Assembly (NCBI RefSeq): GCF_963921235.1
Contig: NC_086097.1
Coordinates: forward strand, 139,998,001 to 140,062,000
DNA length: 64,000 nucleotides
Origin: Mobula hypostoma
Lineage: Eukaryota
Direction: 5' to 3'
Shown here: positions 22,965 to 35,444 of the stretch, one piece after another
Numbering within the stretch: the first letter of the stretch is position 1
How the letters are laid out: each line of letters starts with the position of its first letter
Notes under the pieces: model-generated
What the model was told of the DNA's origin: nothing
The model's database searches: none
Seen by the model: the letters and a program-made list of their open reading frames with translations, nothing else
Translations under genes and position numbers: made by a program

Positions 22965-24527
22965 TAGTATTATGGGCCATTTGGCTCATTGAACTGCTCT
23001 GCCATTCCATTATTCCATTTATTATCCCTCTCAACCCCGATCTCTTGTCTTTTCCCCATAACATTTTGTGCCTTAGTAATCAAGATCCTATCAATGCCTT
23101 TATTAATCAAGAACTTATCAATCTCAGCATTAAAAATACCCAATGACTTGGTCTTCACAGCCATCTGTGGCAATGAGTTCTACAGATTCACCACTCTGTG
23201 GCTAAAGAACTTACTCCTCATCCCTGTTCTAAATAGACATCCCTCAATTCTAAGGCTGTGCCCTCTCGTCCTAGACGCCCCCACTACAGGAAACATTTCT
23301 CCACGCCTACTCTATCTGGGCTATTTGATATTCGATAGGTTTCAATGAATTTCCCTCCCCATCTCATTTGATGGCCCAGAGCAAGCAAATGCTTCTCATA
23401 CGTTAATCCTTTCGTTTGCAGAATCTTATAAGGGGCCCAAAAACTGCTCACGATACACCAAGTGTGGTCTGACCAATACCTTATAAAGCCTTAAGATAAA
23501 ATGCTTTTATATTCTAGTCCTCTTGAAAGGAATGCTAACGTTGCATTTGCCTTTCTTACTACAGCCTTAACCTAGAAGTTAGCCATTAGGGAATCCTATG
23601 CAAGGACTCCCAAGTCCCTTTGCACCTCTAATTTTTGAATTTGCTGTCCATTTAGAAAATAGTCTACTCCTTTATTCATTTTACCAAAATGCATGACCAT
23701 TACTTCCCTACACTGGATTCCATCAGCCACTTCATTTCTCATCCTGCTAATCTGTCTAAGTCCTTCCGCAGACCCCTTGCCTCCAACGTTTCCTGCCCCT
23801 CCACCTAGCTTTCTATCATCTGCAAAACTGGCCACAAAGCCATCAATTCCATCATCCAAATCGCTGACATATAACATAAAAAGAAGCATTCCCAACACCG
23901 ACCCTGTGGAACACCATTAGTTACTGGTAGCAACCCGAAAGGGCCCCTTTTATTCCCACTCTTTGTCTCCTGACAGTCTGCCAATCTTTTATCCGTCATT
24001 TTGTGTCTGTTGCTTCTATCCGTGCTAGTATCTTTCCCATAATACCATGGGTTCTTATATTGTTAAACAGAGGTCTTCTGAAAACTAAGTAAACAGCCAT
24101 CGACTCTCCTTTGTCTATCCTTTCTGTTACCTCCTCAAAAAAATTCCAAAAGAATTGCTAAATAAAATTTCCCCTTAAGGAAACAATGCTGTCTTCAGTC
24201 TATTTTACCATGTGTCTCTAAGTACTCTGAAACCTCACCCTTATTAATGGACTTGAACATCTTACCAAGCACTGAAGTCAGTCTAACTGGTGTATACTTT
24301 CCTTTCTTGCAATTTTTTAGTCTTACAGAATCATTAGCCTCCACAGTCTCTTCAGCTACCTCTTTACAGAACCCTGAGGTGTAGACCATTTTGTACAGCT
24401 GACTTATCTACCTTCATACCTTTCAGCTTTCTAAATATCTTCTCCTTAGTAAAAGTGACTACGCTCAGTCCTGCCCTATGACACTCTCGAATCTCTGGCA
24501 TACTGCTAATGTCTTCCACACTGAAGA
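22965..24527 (-). mobile_element. Decayed CR1 LINE (RT and 3' UTR)
   Basis: Minus-strand fragments KLKGMKVDKS, PVRLTS, GVPQG, FADD.K; CR1 3' UTR. Confidence 0.8.
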
Positions 24528-26766
24528 AGCAAAATTCTATTGAGTTTACATAGAACAGGGAACAGTACAGCACAGAAACAGGCCCTTCGGCCCACAGTGT
24601 TATGCCAAACCAGATAAAAAGTTCATCAAAAAACCTCAAAATCCTTCTTACCTACACAATGTCCATATCCCTGCATGTACTTTACAATTATGTGCCTATC
24701 TAAACATCTCTTAAAAGCCTCTAATGTATTTGCTTGTACCACCATACCAGGCAACGCATTCCAGGCATCCACCACTTCGAGTGAAAAAAAAATGTACCCC
24801 TTTGAACTTACCCCCTCTCACCTTCAGTTCATGCCTTCTGGAAAGATCATCCCTGTCTACTCTATGCCTGTCATAATCTTATAAACCTCTGCAGATCTCC
24901 CCTCAGCCTCTGCCACTCCAAAGAAAAGAACCCGAGTTTATCCAGCTTCCCATGATAGCACATGCCCTCTAAATCAGGTAGCATCCTGGTAAACCTCTTC
25001 TGCACCCTCTCCAAACCTCAACATCCTTCCTGTAGTGGGGAGACCAGAACTGTATGCAATACTCCAGATGTGGCCTAACTAGAGTTTTATAAAGTTGCAA
25101 CATTACCTCTTGACTTTTCAATTCAATGCCTTGACAAATAAGCAAGCATTCCATAAGCCTTCTTAACCACCCTATTGACCTGTGTAGCCACTTTCATAGA
25201 ACTATGAACTTAGATCCCAAGATCTCTCTGCTCAGCAAACAGTTAGGGTCTTACCCTTAACAGTGTACTGACTCCTTGCATTTGCCCTACCAAGGTGGAA
25301 CACCTCACATTTATAAATTCCATTTGCCATTTCTCAGCCCATATCTGCAACTGGTCTGTATTGCACTGTATTCTTTCCCAGTCTTCTACACTATCCATAA
25401 CTCCAGTAATCTTGGTATCATCCACAAACTTACTAACCCACCCATTTACATTTTCATTCAGGTTATTTATATGCATCAGAAACAGCAGAGATCCCTGCAC
25501 AGATCCCTGTGGATCACCACTAATTACAGACCTCCAGCTTGAATAAGTCTTTCGTAGCCTTGTTAAAAAATTGAATCAAGTTGGTAAGACATGACCTGCC
25601 TCCTCATAAAACCATGCTGGCCCTCCCTAATTAGGTCCTGGGTTTCCAAATGATCATATATCCTATCCCTAAGAATTTTCTCCAGCAATTTCCCTACAAC
25701 TGTCACCGGGCTATAGTTCCCAGGATTTCCCTTATTCCCTTCTTAAATAGAGCTACAACATTAGCCACTCACCAGTCCTCCAGGACCTTGCCTTTGCATA
25801 AAGAGGACACAAAGATACTAGTCAAGAACCCAGCAATCTTGTTCAATAACCTGGGGTAAATCCCATCAGACCTTTGGGACTTATCCACCTTAATACTCAT
25901 TAGGAGACCCAACACTTCCTCCTCCTTGACCTCTAAACATCGTAACACATTTATACACCAAGCACGGATCTCCTGGTCCTCCTTTTTCTTGGTAAATACT
26001 GAAGCAAAATACTCATTAAGAACCTCACTCACATACTCCGCATCCAAGCAAATATTCCCCTCTTTATCCTTGAGTGGCCCTACCCTTTCCCTAGTTATCT
26101 TCTTGCTCTTGAGGTATGTATAGCGTACCTTGGGATTCACCTTAATTCTACTTGCCAAGGACATTTCATGGCCCCTCCTGGCTTTCCTAATTCCCTTCTT
26201 GAGTTCTTTTCTAGTTTCTTTATAATCCTCATGTGTTCTGTTTGATCTTGACTTCCGACGCTTTACATACTTTTCCTTTTTCTTCTTGACTAAATGAATC
26301 ATCTCTCTGGACATCCAAGATTCTCTTATCTTTCCATCCCTGTCCTTCCTTCTAGCAGGAACATACTTTTCTATACTCTTTGTAAATAATCTTTTAAAAC
26401 CCTCCACAAGTCTGATGTGGACTTGCCAGAAAAATGGTGTTCCCAATTAACCATTGTTAGTTCCTGTCTAATGCCCTCGTAATTTACCCTACTTCAATTT
26501 AAAACTCTCCTGCAAGGTCCATACCTATCTTTATCTATAGCTATCCTGAAAGTTAAGGAAATGTGCTCATTGTTCCCTAACTGCTCACCTACTGAGAGAT
26601 CAGTCACCTAGCCAGTCTCATTACCCAACACCAGATCCAGTACAGATCTTCCTCTCATTGGACAATCTGTATATTGATTTAATAAACCCTCCTGGATACA
26701 GTTAACAAATTCTGCCCCATCTAAGCCGCTTGCACTAAGAAAATCCAAGTTTATATTAGAGAAGTT

Positions 26767-28990
26767 TATGTTAGGTCACAGATCTCTCAGTGGGTGAGCA
26801 CCTGGGGGACGGTGACCACCGCTCCCTGGCCTTTAGCATTATTATGGAAAAGGATAGAATCAGAGAGGACAGGAAAAGTTTTAATTGGGGAAGGGCAAAT
26901 TATGAGGCTGTAAGGCTAGAACTTGCGGGTGTGAATTGGGATGATGTTTTTGCAGGGAAATGTGCAATGGACATGTGGTTGATGTTTAGGGATCTCTTGC
27001 AGGATGTTAGGGATAAATTTGTCCCGGTGAGGAAGATAAAGAATGGTAGGGTGAAGGAACCATGGGTGACAAGTGAGGTGGAGAATCTAGTCAGGTGGAA
27101 GAAGGCAGCTTCCATGAGGTTTAGGAAACAAGGATCAGATGGGTCTATTGAGGAATATAGGGAAGCAGGAAAGGAGCTTAAGAAGGGGCTGAGAAGAGCA
27201 AGAAGGGGGCATGAGAAGGCCTTGGCGAGTAGGGTAAAGGAAAACCCCAAGGCATTCTTCAATTATGTGAAGAAAAAAAAAGATGACAGGACCGATTAGA
27301 GATAAAGGTGGGAAGATGTGCCTGGAGGCTGTGGAAGTGAGCGAGGCGCTCAATGAATATTTCTCTTCGGTATTCACCAATGAGAGGGAACTTGATGAAA
27401 GTGAGGACAATATGAATGGGGTTGATGTTCTGGAGCATGTTGATATTAAGGGAGAGGAGGTGTTGGAGTTGTTAAAATACATTAGGATGGATAAGTCCCC
27501 GGGGCCTGACGGAATATTCCCCAGGCTGCTCCAGGAGGCGAGGGAAGAGATTGCTGAGCCTCTGGCTAGGATCTTTATGTCCTTGTTGTCCACGGGAATG
27601 GTACCAGAGGATTGGAGGGAGGTGAATGTTATCCTCTTGTTTAAAAAAGGTAGGGATAGTCTGGGTAATTATAGACCAGTGAGCCTTACGTCTGTGGTGG
27701 GAAAGCTGTTGGAAAAGATTTTTAGAGATAGGATCTATGGGCATTTAGAGAAATATGGTCTGATCAGGGACAGTCAGCATGGCTTTGTGAAGGGCAGATC
27801 ATGTCTAACAAGCCTAATAGAGTTCTTTGAGGAGGTGACCAGGCATATAGATGAGGTGTGTGTGATCTACATGGATTTTAGTAAGGCATTTGACAAGGTT
27901 CCACACGGTAGGCTTATTCAGAAAGTCAGAAGGCACGGGATCCAGGGATGTTTGGCCAGGTGGATTCAGATTTGGCTTGCCTGCAGAAAGCAAAGGGTTG
28001 TGGTGGAGGGAGTACATTCGGATTGGAGGGTTGTGACTAGTGGTGTCCCACAAGGATCGGTTCTAGGACCTCTACTTTTTGTGATTTTTATTAACGACCT
28101 GGATGTGGGGGTAGAAGGGTGGGATGGCAAGTTTGCAGACGACACAAAGGTTGGTGGTGTTGTGGATTGTGTAGAGGATTGTCGAAGAGTGCAGAGAGAC
28201 ATTGATAGGATGTAGAAGTGGGCTGAGAAGTGGCAGATGGAGTTCAACCCTGAGAAATGTGAGTTGGTACACTTTAGAAGGACAAATTCCAAGGCGGAGT
28301 ACCAAGTAAATGGTAGGTTATTTGGTAGTGTGGAGGAGCAGAGGGATCTGGGGGTACATGTCCACAGATCCCTGAAAGTTACCTCACAGGTGGATAGGGT
28401 AGTTAAGAAAACTTATGGGGTGTTAGCCTTCATAAGTCGAGGGATAGAGTTTAAGAGTGGAGAGGTAATGATGCAGCTCTATAAAACACTGGTTAGGCCA
28501 CACTTGGAGTACTGTGTCCACTTCTGGTCACCTCACTATAGGAAGGACGTGGAAGCATTGGAAAGGGTACAGAGGAGATTTACCAGGATGCTGCCTGGTT
28601 TAGAGAGTATGCATTATGATCAGAGTTTAAGGGAGCTAGGGCTTTACTCTTTGGAGAGAAGGAGGATGAGAGGAGACATGATAGAGCTATACAAGATATT
28701 AAGAGGAATAGGTAGAGTGGACCCAGTGCCTCTTCCCCAGGGCACCACTGCTCAATACAAGAGGACATGGCTTTAAGGTATGGGGTGGGAAGTTCAAAGG
28801 GGATATTAGAGGAAGATTTTTTACTCAGAGAGTGGTTGGTGCCTGGAATGCACTGCCTGAGTCAGTGGTGGAGGCAGATACACTAGTGAAGTTTAAGAGG
28901 AATTTAAGGTGGGGGGTTATATGGGAGGCAGGGTTTAAGGGTCGGCACAACATTGTGGGCCAAAGGGCCTGTACTGTGCTGTGCTGTGTT
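26767..28990 (+). mobile_element. 5'-truncated CR1 LINE with few disablements
   Basis: ORFs 26790-27299, 27283-28215 and 28237-28776 carry RT motifs. 5-bp TSD AAGTT (26762-26766 and 28991-28995). Confidence 0.9.
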
Positions 28991-29562
28991 AAGTTGAAAT
29001 CCCTCATTATAACAACCCTAATATTTTTACAAATTTCCTTAATCTGTTTACATATATATTTCTCAATGTCCCTGAGGGTCATTGGAGGGTCTGTTGTACA
29101 ATCCCATCAGTGTGGTTGCACCCTTCCTATTCCTGAGTTCTACCCAAATGGGCTTCGTGTCTGAACCCTCCATTATGTCTTCCTTGAGTGGAACTGTGAT
29201 ATTGTCCCTGATTAATTATACCACCACACCACCCCCTCCCTTTTACCTCCTTCTCTATCTTTTATAAAAGTTAGAAAACTTGGTACATTGATCATCCATC
29301 CCTGCCCCTCTCTCAACCAAGTTTCTGTAATGGCCACATCGTAGTTCCATATACTGATCCATGCTCTAAGTTCATCACTTTTACCCATAATACTCAGTCA
29401 TGGCGTTAAAATACACACTCCTTCAAACTATCTGACCCATCATACCTGTTATTTTGATTTTGCCTTTTATACTTTCCCTGACATCTACAGTACCTTCCTG
29501 TCTGATCCTTCATTACTTGACCTGGTGCTCTGGTTCCCAGCCTTCTGCAAAACTTGTTTAAA

Positions 29563-30504
29563 ATAGTTAGATAGGTACTTTATTGATCCAAAAGGAAATT
29601 ACAGTGTCATAGTAGCATTACAGGTGCACAGATATACAAAATTAAAGAGAAGTAAGAAAGAATAAAAAAATAAGTTACCCGAAACAGTCCAACAGGAGGG
29701 GTCATTGCTTCCCCAGTTTATAGGTTGACTCATTGTAGAGCCTTATGGCCAAGGGTAAGAATGACCTCAAATAGCGTTATTTGGAGCAGCGCAGTTGTCT
29801 TAGTCTGTTACTATACGTGCTCCTCTGTTCAGCAAAGGCTGCACGCAGAGGATGAGAAACATTGTCCACAATTGCCGGGATTTCCAGGAGGGTCCTTTGT
29901 TCTGCCACAGCCTCCAGTGTGTCTAGTTTGACTCCTATAACAGAGCCAGCTTTTCTAATCAGTTTATTGAGTCTGTTGGCATCACCCGTGTTGATGCCAT
30001 TGCCCCAGCACACCACCACTTGGAAGATTGTACTGGTGACAACAGACTGGTAGAACATTTGAAGTAGAGGCCTGCATACTCCAAAGAACCTCAGTCTCCT
30101 CAAGAAGTAGAGGTGACCCTGGCCCTTCTTGTACACAGTCTCTGTGCTCCACTCAAGTTTGTCATCCAGGTGCATCCCCAGGTACTTGTAGGTCCTCACC
30201 ATCAATAATAACAGGGAGCAGTTCAGGCTTAGTTTTCTTAAAGTCCATCACCATCTCCTTTGTCTTACTGATGTTGAGCTGCAGATGGTTCAGCTCACAC
30301 CATTTGTCAAAGTTCTCCACAAAGTATTCATCCTCCTGTCCTCCCTTTATACATCAAACTATTGTTGAGTCATCCGAGAATTTCTGCGGATGATATGACT
30401 CAGTACGAGGTATACAGGGTAAACAGGGAGGGAGCCCTGTGGGGCCCCAGTGCTGCTTATAGCCGTGTCTGACACACAGCTTTGAAGCCACACAAACTGT
30501 GGTC
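29563..30504 (-). mobile_element. 5'-truncated Rex1/Babar LINE
   Basis: KFSDDSTIVG, YKYLGMHLDDKLEWS, LYFLRRLR, HPL. Tail GATCAATAAAGTACCTATCT. Confidence 0.85.
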
Positions 30505-31415
30505 TCCTGAGTAGCATTAGCAAACCTCCCGGCCAGGATATTGGTTCCCCTCCAGTTCAGGTGCAACCGGTCCCTCTTGTAACAGTTACCCCTTGGCCAG
30601 AAAAGGTTCCAATGATCAAAGAACTTGAAACCGTGCCCATTGCACCGTCTCCTCAGCCACTCATTCATATGTGCTATCGTCACATTCCTACCTGCTCTAG
30701 CCCTCGGCACCGAGAGTAATCCAGAGAGTCTTACCTTGGAAGTCCTTCCCTTCAGCCTCTTTTCTAACTCTGTATGCTCACTGTGTGGGACTGCTTCCCT
30801 TTTTCCTGTCTATGTCATTGGTGCCAATATGCACCACAACCTCTGGCTGTTCGCTCTCCCACTTGAGAATATCCTGCAGCCACACCAATACATCTTGGAC
30901 CCTACCACCTCGGACATAACACACCATCCTGGTGTCTCGAATTGTGGCCAGAGAATCTCACCTCTCTGTCTCCCTAATTATCAAGTCCAAAATCACTACC
31001 GAGCTGCCTGACTTTACCCTTACCTACTGAGCCTCAGAGCTGGCCACAGTGCCACCAGCCCGACTGCTGCTGCTGTGCCCAGCAGTATCCAAAGAGGTAT
31101 TCTTGTTACTGAAGGGAATGGCTTCCGGGGATCCCTGCATTGACTTCTTCATCCCCTTACCTCTCCTAGTGGTCATCCATCTACTGTCTGAAGCCCGTAC
31201 TCTGGGTGTGACCACCTCTTCAAAAGTCTCATCTATAATGTTTTTAGCCTCCTGGATGCTCCTGAGTACATCCAACTCCAGTTCTAATTCCTTGAGCTGG
31301 TCAGTCCCCCATTAGATCATCAGCCCGAGTTGTCAGTTCTGTTTCACTCATCATAGGTTTTACCTGACTTCCGGAGTTTTCTGTTAATATTTTGGTTTCT
31401 CAGCATCTCATAGTA

Positions 31416-31857
31416 CGTGGAGACTCTGAAGAGGGTGCAGAAATGTTTAACAGGATGCTGCCAGAATGTGAGGGCATGTGCTACAGGGAGAGACTGGAAG
31501 CATTAGAAATTGACAGGGGAACCTGATAGAAATTATAAAATAATGAAAGGTAGAGATAGTGCAAGCCAATAGTCTTTTTCCAAGAATAAAAATGTCAGAT
31601 ATTAGAGGGCATGTACTTAAAGTGAGAGGGGAAGGTTCAAAGGAGATGTGTCAGCAATTATTTTTATACAGGCTGTTGGTGGGGGAGTGTTGGAAGCAAA
31701 TGTAATAGTGGTGTTTAAGAGGCTGGTAGACATATAAGCATGCAGGGAATGGATGGATATGGATGTATGAGCAGAAGAGAGTCAGTTTAATTGGCATGGT
31801 GTTTGGCACAGACACGTTGACCTGAATGGCCTTTTCGTATGCTGTACTGTTCTATGT
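31416..31857 (+). mobile_element. Decayed CR1 3' fragment
   Basis: RVQ..F.RMLP and DLIE.YKIM remnants; tail GCTGTACTGTTCTATG. Confidence 0.7.
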
Positions 31858-32027
31858 AACCACAGGGAAGGATGGTCAGAACATCACCATCTTCAGCTGT
31901 GGTTCAGTCTGATAGTGAGTTGGCTGAAACATTCAGAACCCCATTCAGCCAGAAGTGCTGAGTACATAGTTCATCTTGGCTTTCTCCTGAGCACTCCATT
32001 GTCACAGAGTTAATTTCCATTGAATTC

Positions 32028-32120
32028 CCTTCCTCCACAGATGCTGTTTGACCCACTGTGTTCTTCCAGCGGTTTGTTTCTTTTGTTCTAGTTTCCAGCA
32101 TCTACAATCTCTTGTGTCTC
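32028..32120 (+). mobile_element. Isolated PLE 3'-terminal remnant
   Basis: CCTCCACAGATGCTG...TTCTTCCAGC...TTTCCAGCATCTACAATCTCTTGTGTCTC matches the tail at 2740-2826. Confidence 0.6.
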
Positions 32121-33216
32121 GTAGTTTGTTCCATATGATATCAAAAAAAGGCTGAAGGTGTTTATTGTAGAAAACTATGGGACCAAACAACATGCTAGGT
32201 GTAATGCTAGAAACTTGCATTTCCCAGCCAGTAATACCTCCTGATCAACTGCTCCAGTTGCAACACTAACATCTACCCAACAACAAGAAAACTTGACCAA
32301 TTACAGATTGTTTTTACAGAACAGGACTAATCATTCCCACCTTATCAGTTTGCTCTCCCAATGCATTGTAGCCACAATACCTGTGACATGCTTTTCAGTG
32401 ACTCGTTAAGGCTGTACTCCCCAAATTTCAAGGGAGTACCTCACCTCCCAGTTTCGCACTTTCAATACTGGATGATGTGTTTCTGTTCCTCTGTCACTCT
32501 TGGTTCAAAGTCCTAAAATATGTTCTCCAATATCCCTATATTACATGGATTGCAGCAGTTATGACAGTAGCTCACCACCACCACCATTTCAGGGGCATTG
32601 TTTGATTAGCTTTGGGAATCTGAGCATTGCCATCAAACCCACTATTTCTTGTCCATCCCTAGCTGACTCTGAAAAGGAACGGGAAGCTGCCTATGTGCTT
32701 CCAAAGTGGTCATGAGGAAGAATTCCAGGATCTCGACTCAGTCATATTGAAGAACTGGTGATATATTTTCAAGTTAGAATATTTAACGTGTGGAACAGAG
32801 TGCCAGTCAAACAGACTTTTATTTGTCCCAGATGGTTTCAAATTTCAGAATTACTAATACTGCACTCATCCAGAAAAGTGGATAATATTCCATTATAGTC
32901 ATGACCATAGTCTTGGTGGAAAGACCTTGGGATATCAGGAGGTGAGTCACTCACCACAGGAGACCCAATTTCCAACCAGTCCTTCTACAAATATCATTTT
33001 TGTAGCTGGTCCAGATAAGTTTTTGATCAGCGGTGACTCCCAGGATGGTGATAGTGGAGGACTAATGCTATTGAATTCTTAAATTCTTAAGATGAGATGA
33101 TTCTCTCTCATGTTGGAGATGATCATTGTCTGGCACTTTTAGAGTATACCTTTTATTTGCCACGTATTCAGTGCTGCTGCTTACAGGCATGATCTGCTTC
33201 ACTTCCTGAGGAGTTG

Positions 33217-33843
33217 TTATGTACAGACATCTACTGACGCCTCTGGACACATCTTCAGTGATGTTCCTGGAATCATCGGGTGTTTCGGGTCTTTCAACAT
33301 CATACACCCTCCTCCAGGTGATCCAGCCGGGACTGATCAGACCCCAGCTTGTGTCCAGTTGGCTAGCTACTTATGACTCCATGGCTCCCCTCTTTTGAGC
33401 CACAGCCATCTTGAGGCCCTCTCTGCCGCATCGGTGGTACTGCGGATGACTCTCCTCTTCCTCTCTCCCTCGATGCCCAAATTGCTGAAGGCTCTAGCTA
33501 AAGAACGGGCTACGAATCCCCTAAAACCAACCTCCTCTGGGAGACACCTCGCTCTCCATCCAGCCTGCTGACAGTTGCTGACCAGTCCTGCGTACTTGGA
33601 GAACTTCCTTTCAAAGCCTCTTCCAAGCGATCTTCCCATGGGACTGTCAGTTCCAGCAGCACCACTGGCTTAGTCGACTCAGACACAGGGACAATGTCTG
33701 GTCACAGGGTGGTGGCTGCAATATGGTTGGGGAACTTCAGCTGCCCTTCGAGGTCCACCAACGGCTGCCAGTCCCTTGCAGAGGTCAGGATGCCTGCAGA
33801 TGTTCTTTTGGCAGGTATTGGCTGCTCCCCAGCTCTGACAAAG
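33217..33843 (-). mobile_element. 5'-truncated Hero-clade (R2-group, restriction-like endonuclease) non-LTR retrotransposon
   Basis: Minus strand: ARDWQ.LVDL..QLKFP.HIA.T.L.PDIV...KPVVLLELTVPWE...ERK.SKY..LV..CQQAGW...EVG.RGF...AERASRWLWLKR (PD..ExT RLE domain), plus a short 3' UTR. Confidence 0.8.
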
Positions 33844-34849
33844 TGTTGCTGCTTACAGACATGGTCTGCTTCACTTCCTGAGGAGTTGAACATTGTGCAT
33901 TTATCACTTCTGAAGTCTTATGGGAAGAAGGTGAACAATGAAGTAGGTAAAAATGGTTGGGCCTAGAACAACATTCCCTCTTTTTTCTGCACTGTCTGTT
34001 CCTTCCACATCCTTGCTGGTAATCAGAGGCATTGGAGAGTCAACCACATGGGGTGGGACTGGAATCACATATGGTAACCAGAACTGTGCACAATACTGCA
34101 CGCAGATTCATTGTTTACCCTTCATCCACTGACTTTGCTTTGAACAGGGGGCCTTGAAGTTAACAGCAATCATCTTCACCTCACTTCAGCTCTGGAATTC
34201 ATCTCCTAGGACCATGTGTGCACCAAGGCTGGGGTAAGACTGAACCCAAATTGTACAGTAGTTAGTTGGTTTGGGCATCCTTTATTTTCTGAACAGGACA
34301 TACCCAAGCAGTGTTGCACATTGGATGTGATGTAACTAATATAACAACTTGGCTAAAAGTGCAGCTCGTTCTAGAGCTGGGGTCTTCAGTACTGCAGTGG
34401 AGATGTCTCATCACACAGCTTTCGGAGCCAAATTTATCATCTGTTTGGCATTTCTGGCTGAACATATTTGTGAATGTAAGGTGCAAATCTGAGTACAACT
34501 CTCTCAGGAAGATGCTATGGGATAGCTCTCACAATTTATTCTCTAGTCTCCACAGGTTTGTTAGGACAAGATCAACTGAGGGGGAGTGACTTTGCTGAGT
34601 CCATGTTGTGCCTAGGTCAGTACCAAGTGGTCTTTCTGGTTTTACTCCTCTATCTGAATGTACCAGTGATGGTAAAGCCACTTGAGAGGCAATGGCGAAT
34701 CCACCACATGGGGTGAATCTGGAATCACATTAAAGGCAGCAGATTGCATTTCCTCAAGAACATCAGCTGACCAGATAGTTTTCCACTTTATTACCAAGAC
34801 TAGTTTGTGTTTGTTTCTCTAAATTGTTTCTGCTGCATCCCATTTACTT

Positions 34850-35440
34850 TAAGGTTTGACATGTGTGTTCAGAGATGCTCTTCTGCATACCACTGTTGTA
34901 ACGCATGGGGTTACTGTTGCCTTCCTATCATCTTGAACCAGTCTGGCTATTCTCCTCTGATTTCTCTCATTTCCAAGGAACTTTCGCCCACAGAATTGCC
35001 GCTCCCTGGATGTATTTGTTTTCAAGTTAAAGTTTATTGTCATTAAACTGTACGCATGTATACCAACAAATGAAAGAATATTCCTCCAGACCAAGGAGCA
35101 CAACACAGTACATATAAGTCACACACAAAGATTAAGTAATACGTATTACCACAATTAAACTAACAAACAATAAGTTGCATCTATGACACCAGTTCAAAAG
35201 TAAACAGTATAATGCTACTGACGTTTCATACATGATGAGACCTGGTTGGTGGCAGGGAGTTCAGTCGTCTGACAACCTGGGAGAAGAAGCTGTTTCCCAC
35301 CCGAACAGTCCTTGTCCTAATCCATTCTTTGGAAACTCTAGAGACTGTTGTGCATGAAAATTCCAGGCAATCAGCAGTTTCTGAAGTAGTCAAACTACCC
35401 CGTCTGCCACCAATAATCATTCCTCGGTCAAAGTCACTCA
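34850..35440 (-). mobile_element. Fragment of a second Tc1-like transposase (N-terminal HTH), interrupted by a Rex1-type 3' fragment (about 35023-35320)
   Basis: SDFDRGMIIGGRR...SETADCLEFSCTTVSRVSKEW, resuming as TSRERQFCGRK...RRIARLVQDDRKATVT. Confidence 0.7.
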
Positions 35441-35444
35441 GGCC

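Larger units (their letters stand above)
24548..31310 (-). mobile_element. Near full-length decayed CR1 LINE (ORF1 and ORF2), interrupted by a CR1 (26767-28990) and a Rex1 (29563-30504)
   Basis: ORF1 coiled coil ELELDVLRSIQEA...FEEVVTP and esterase RD.LHLN.RGTNILAGRF (30505-31310). TTTAAAC junction at 29556-29562. APE and RT fragments down to the tail at about 24550. Confidence 0.85.
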
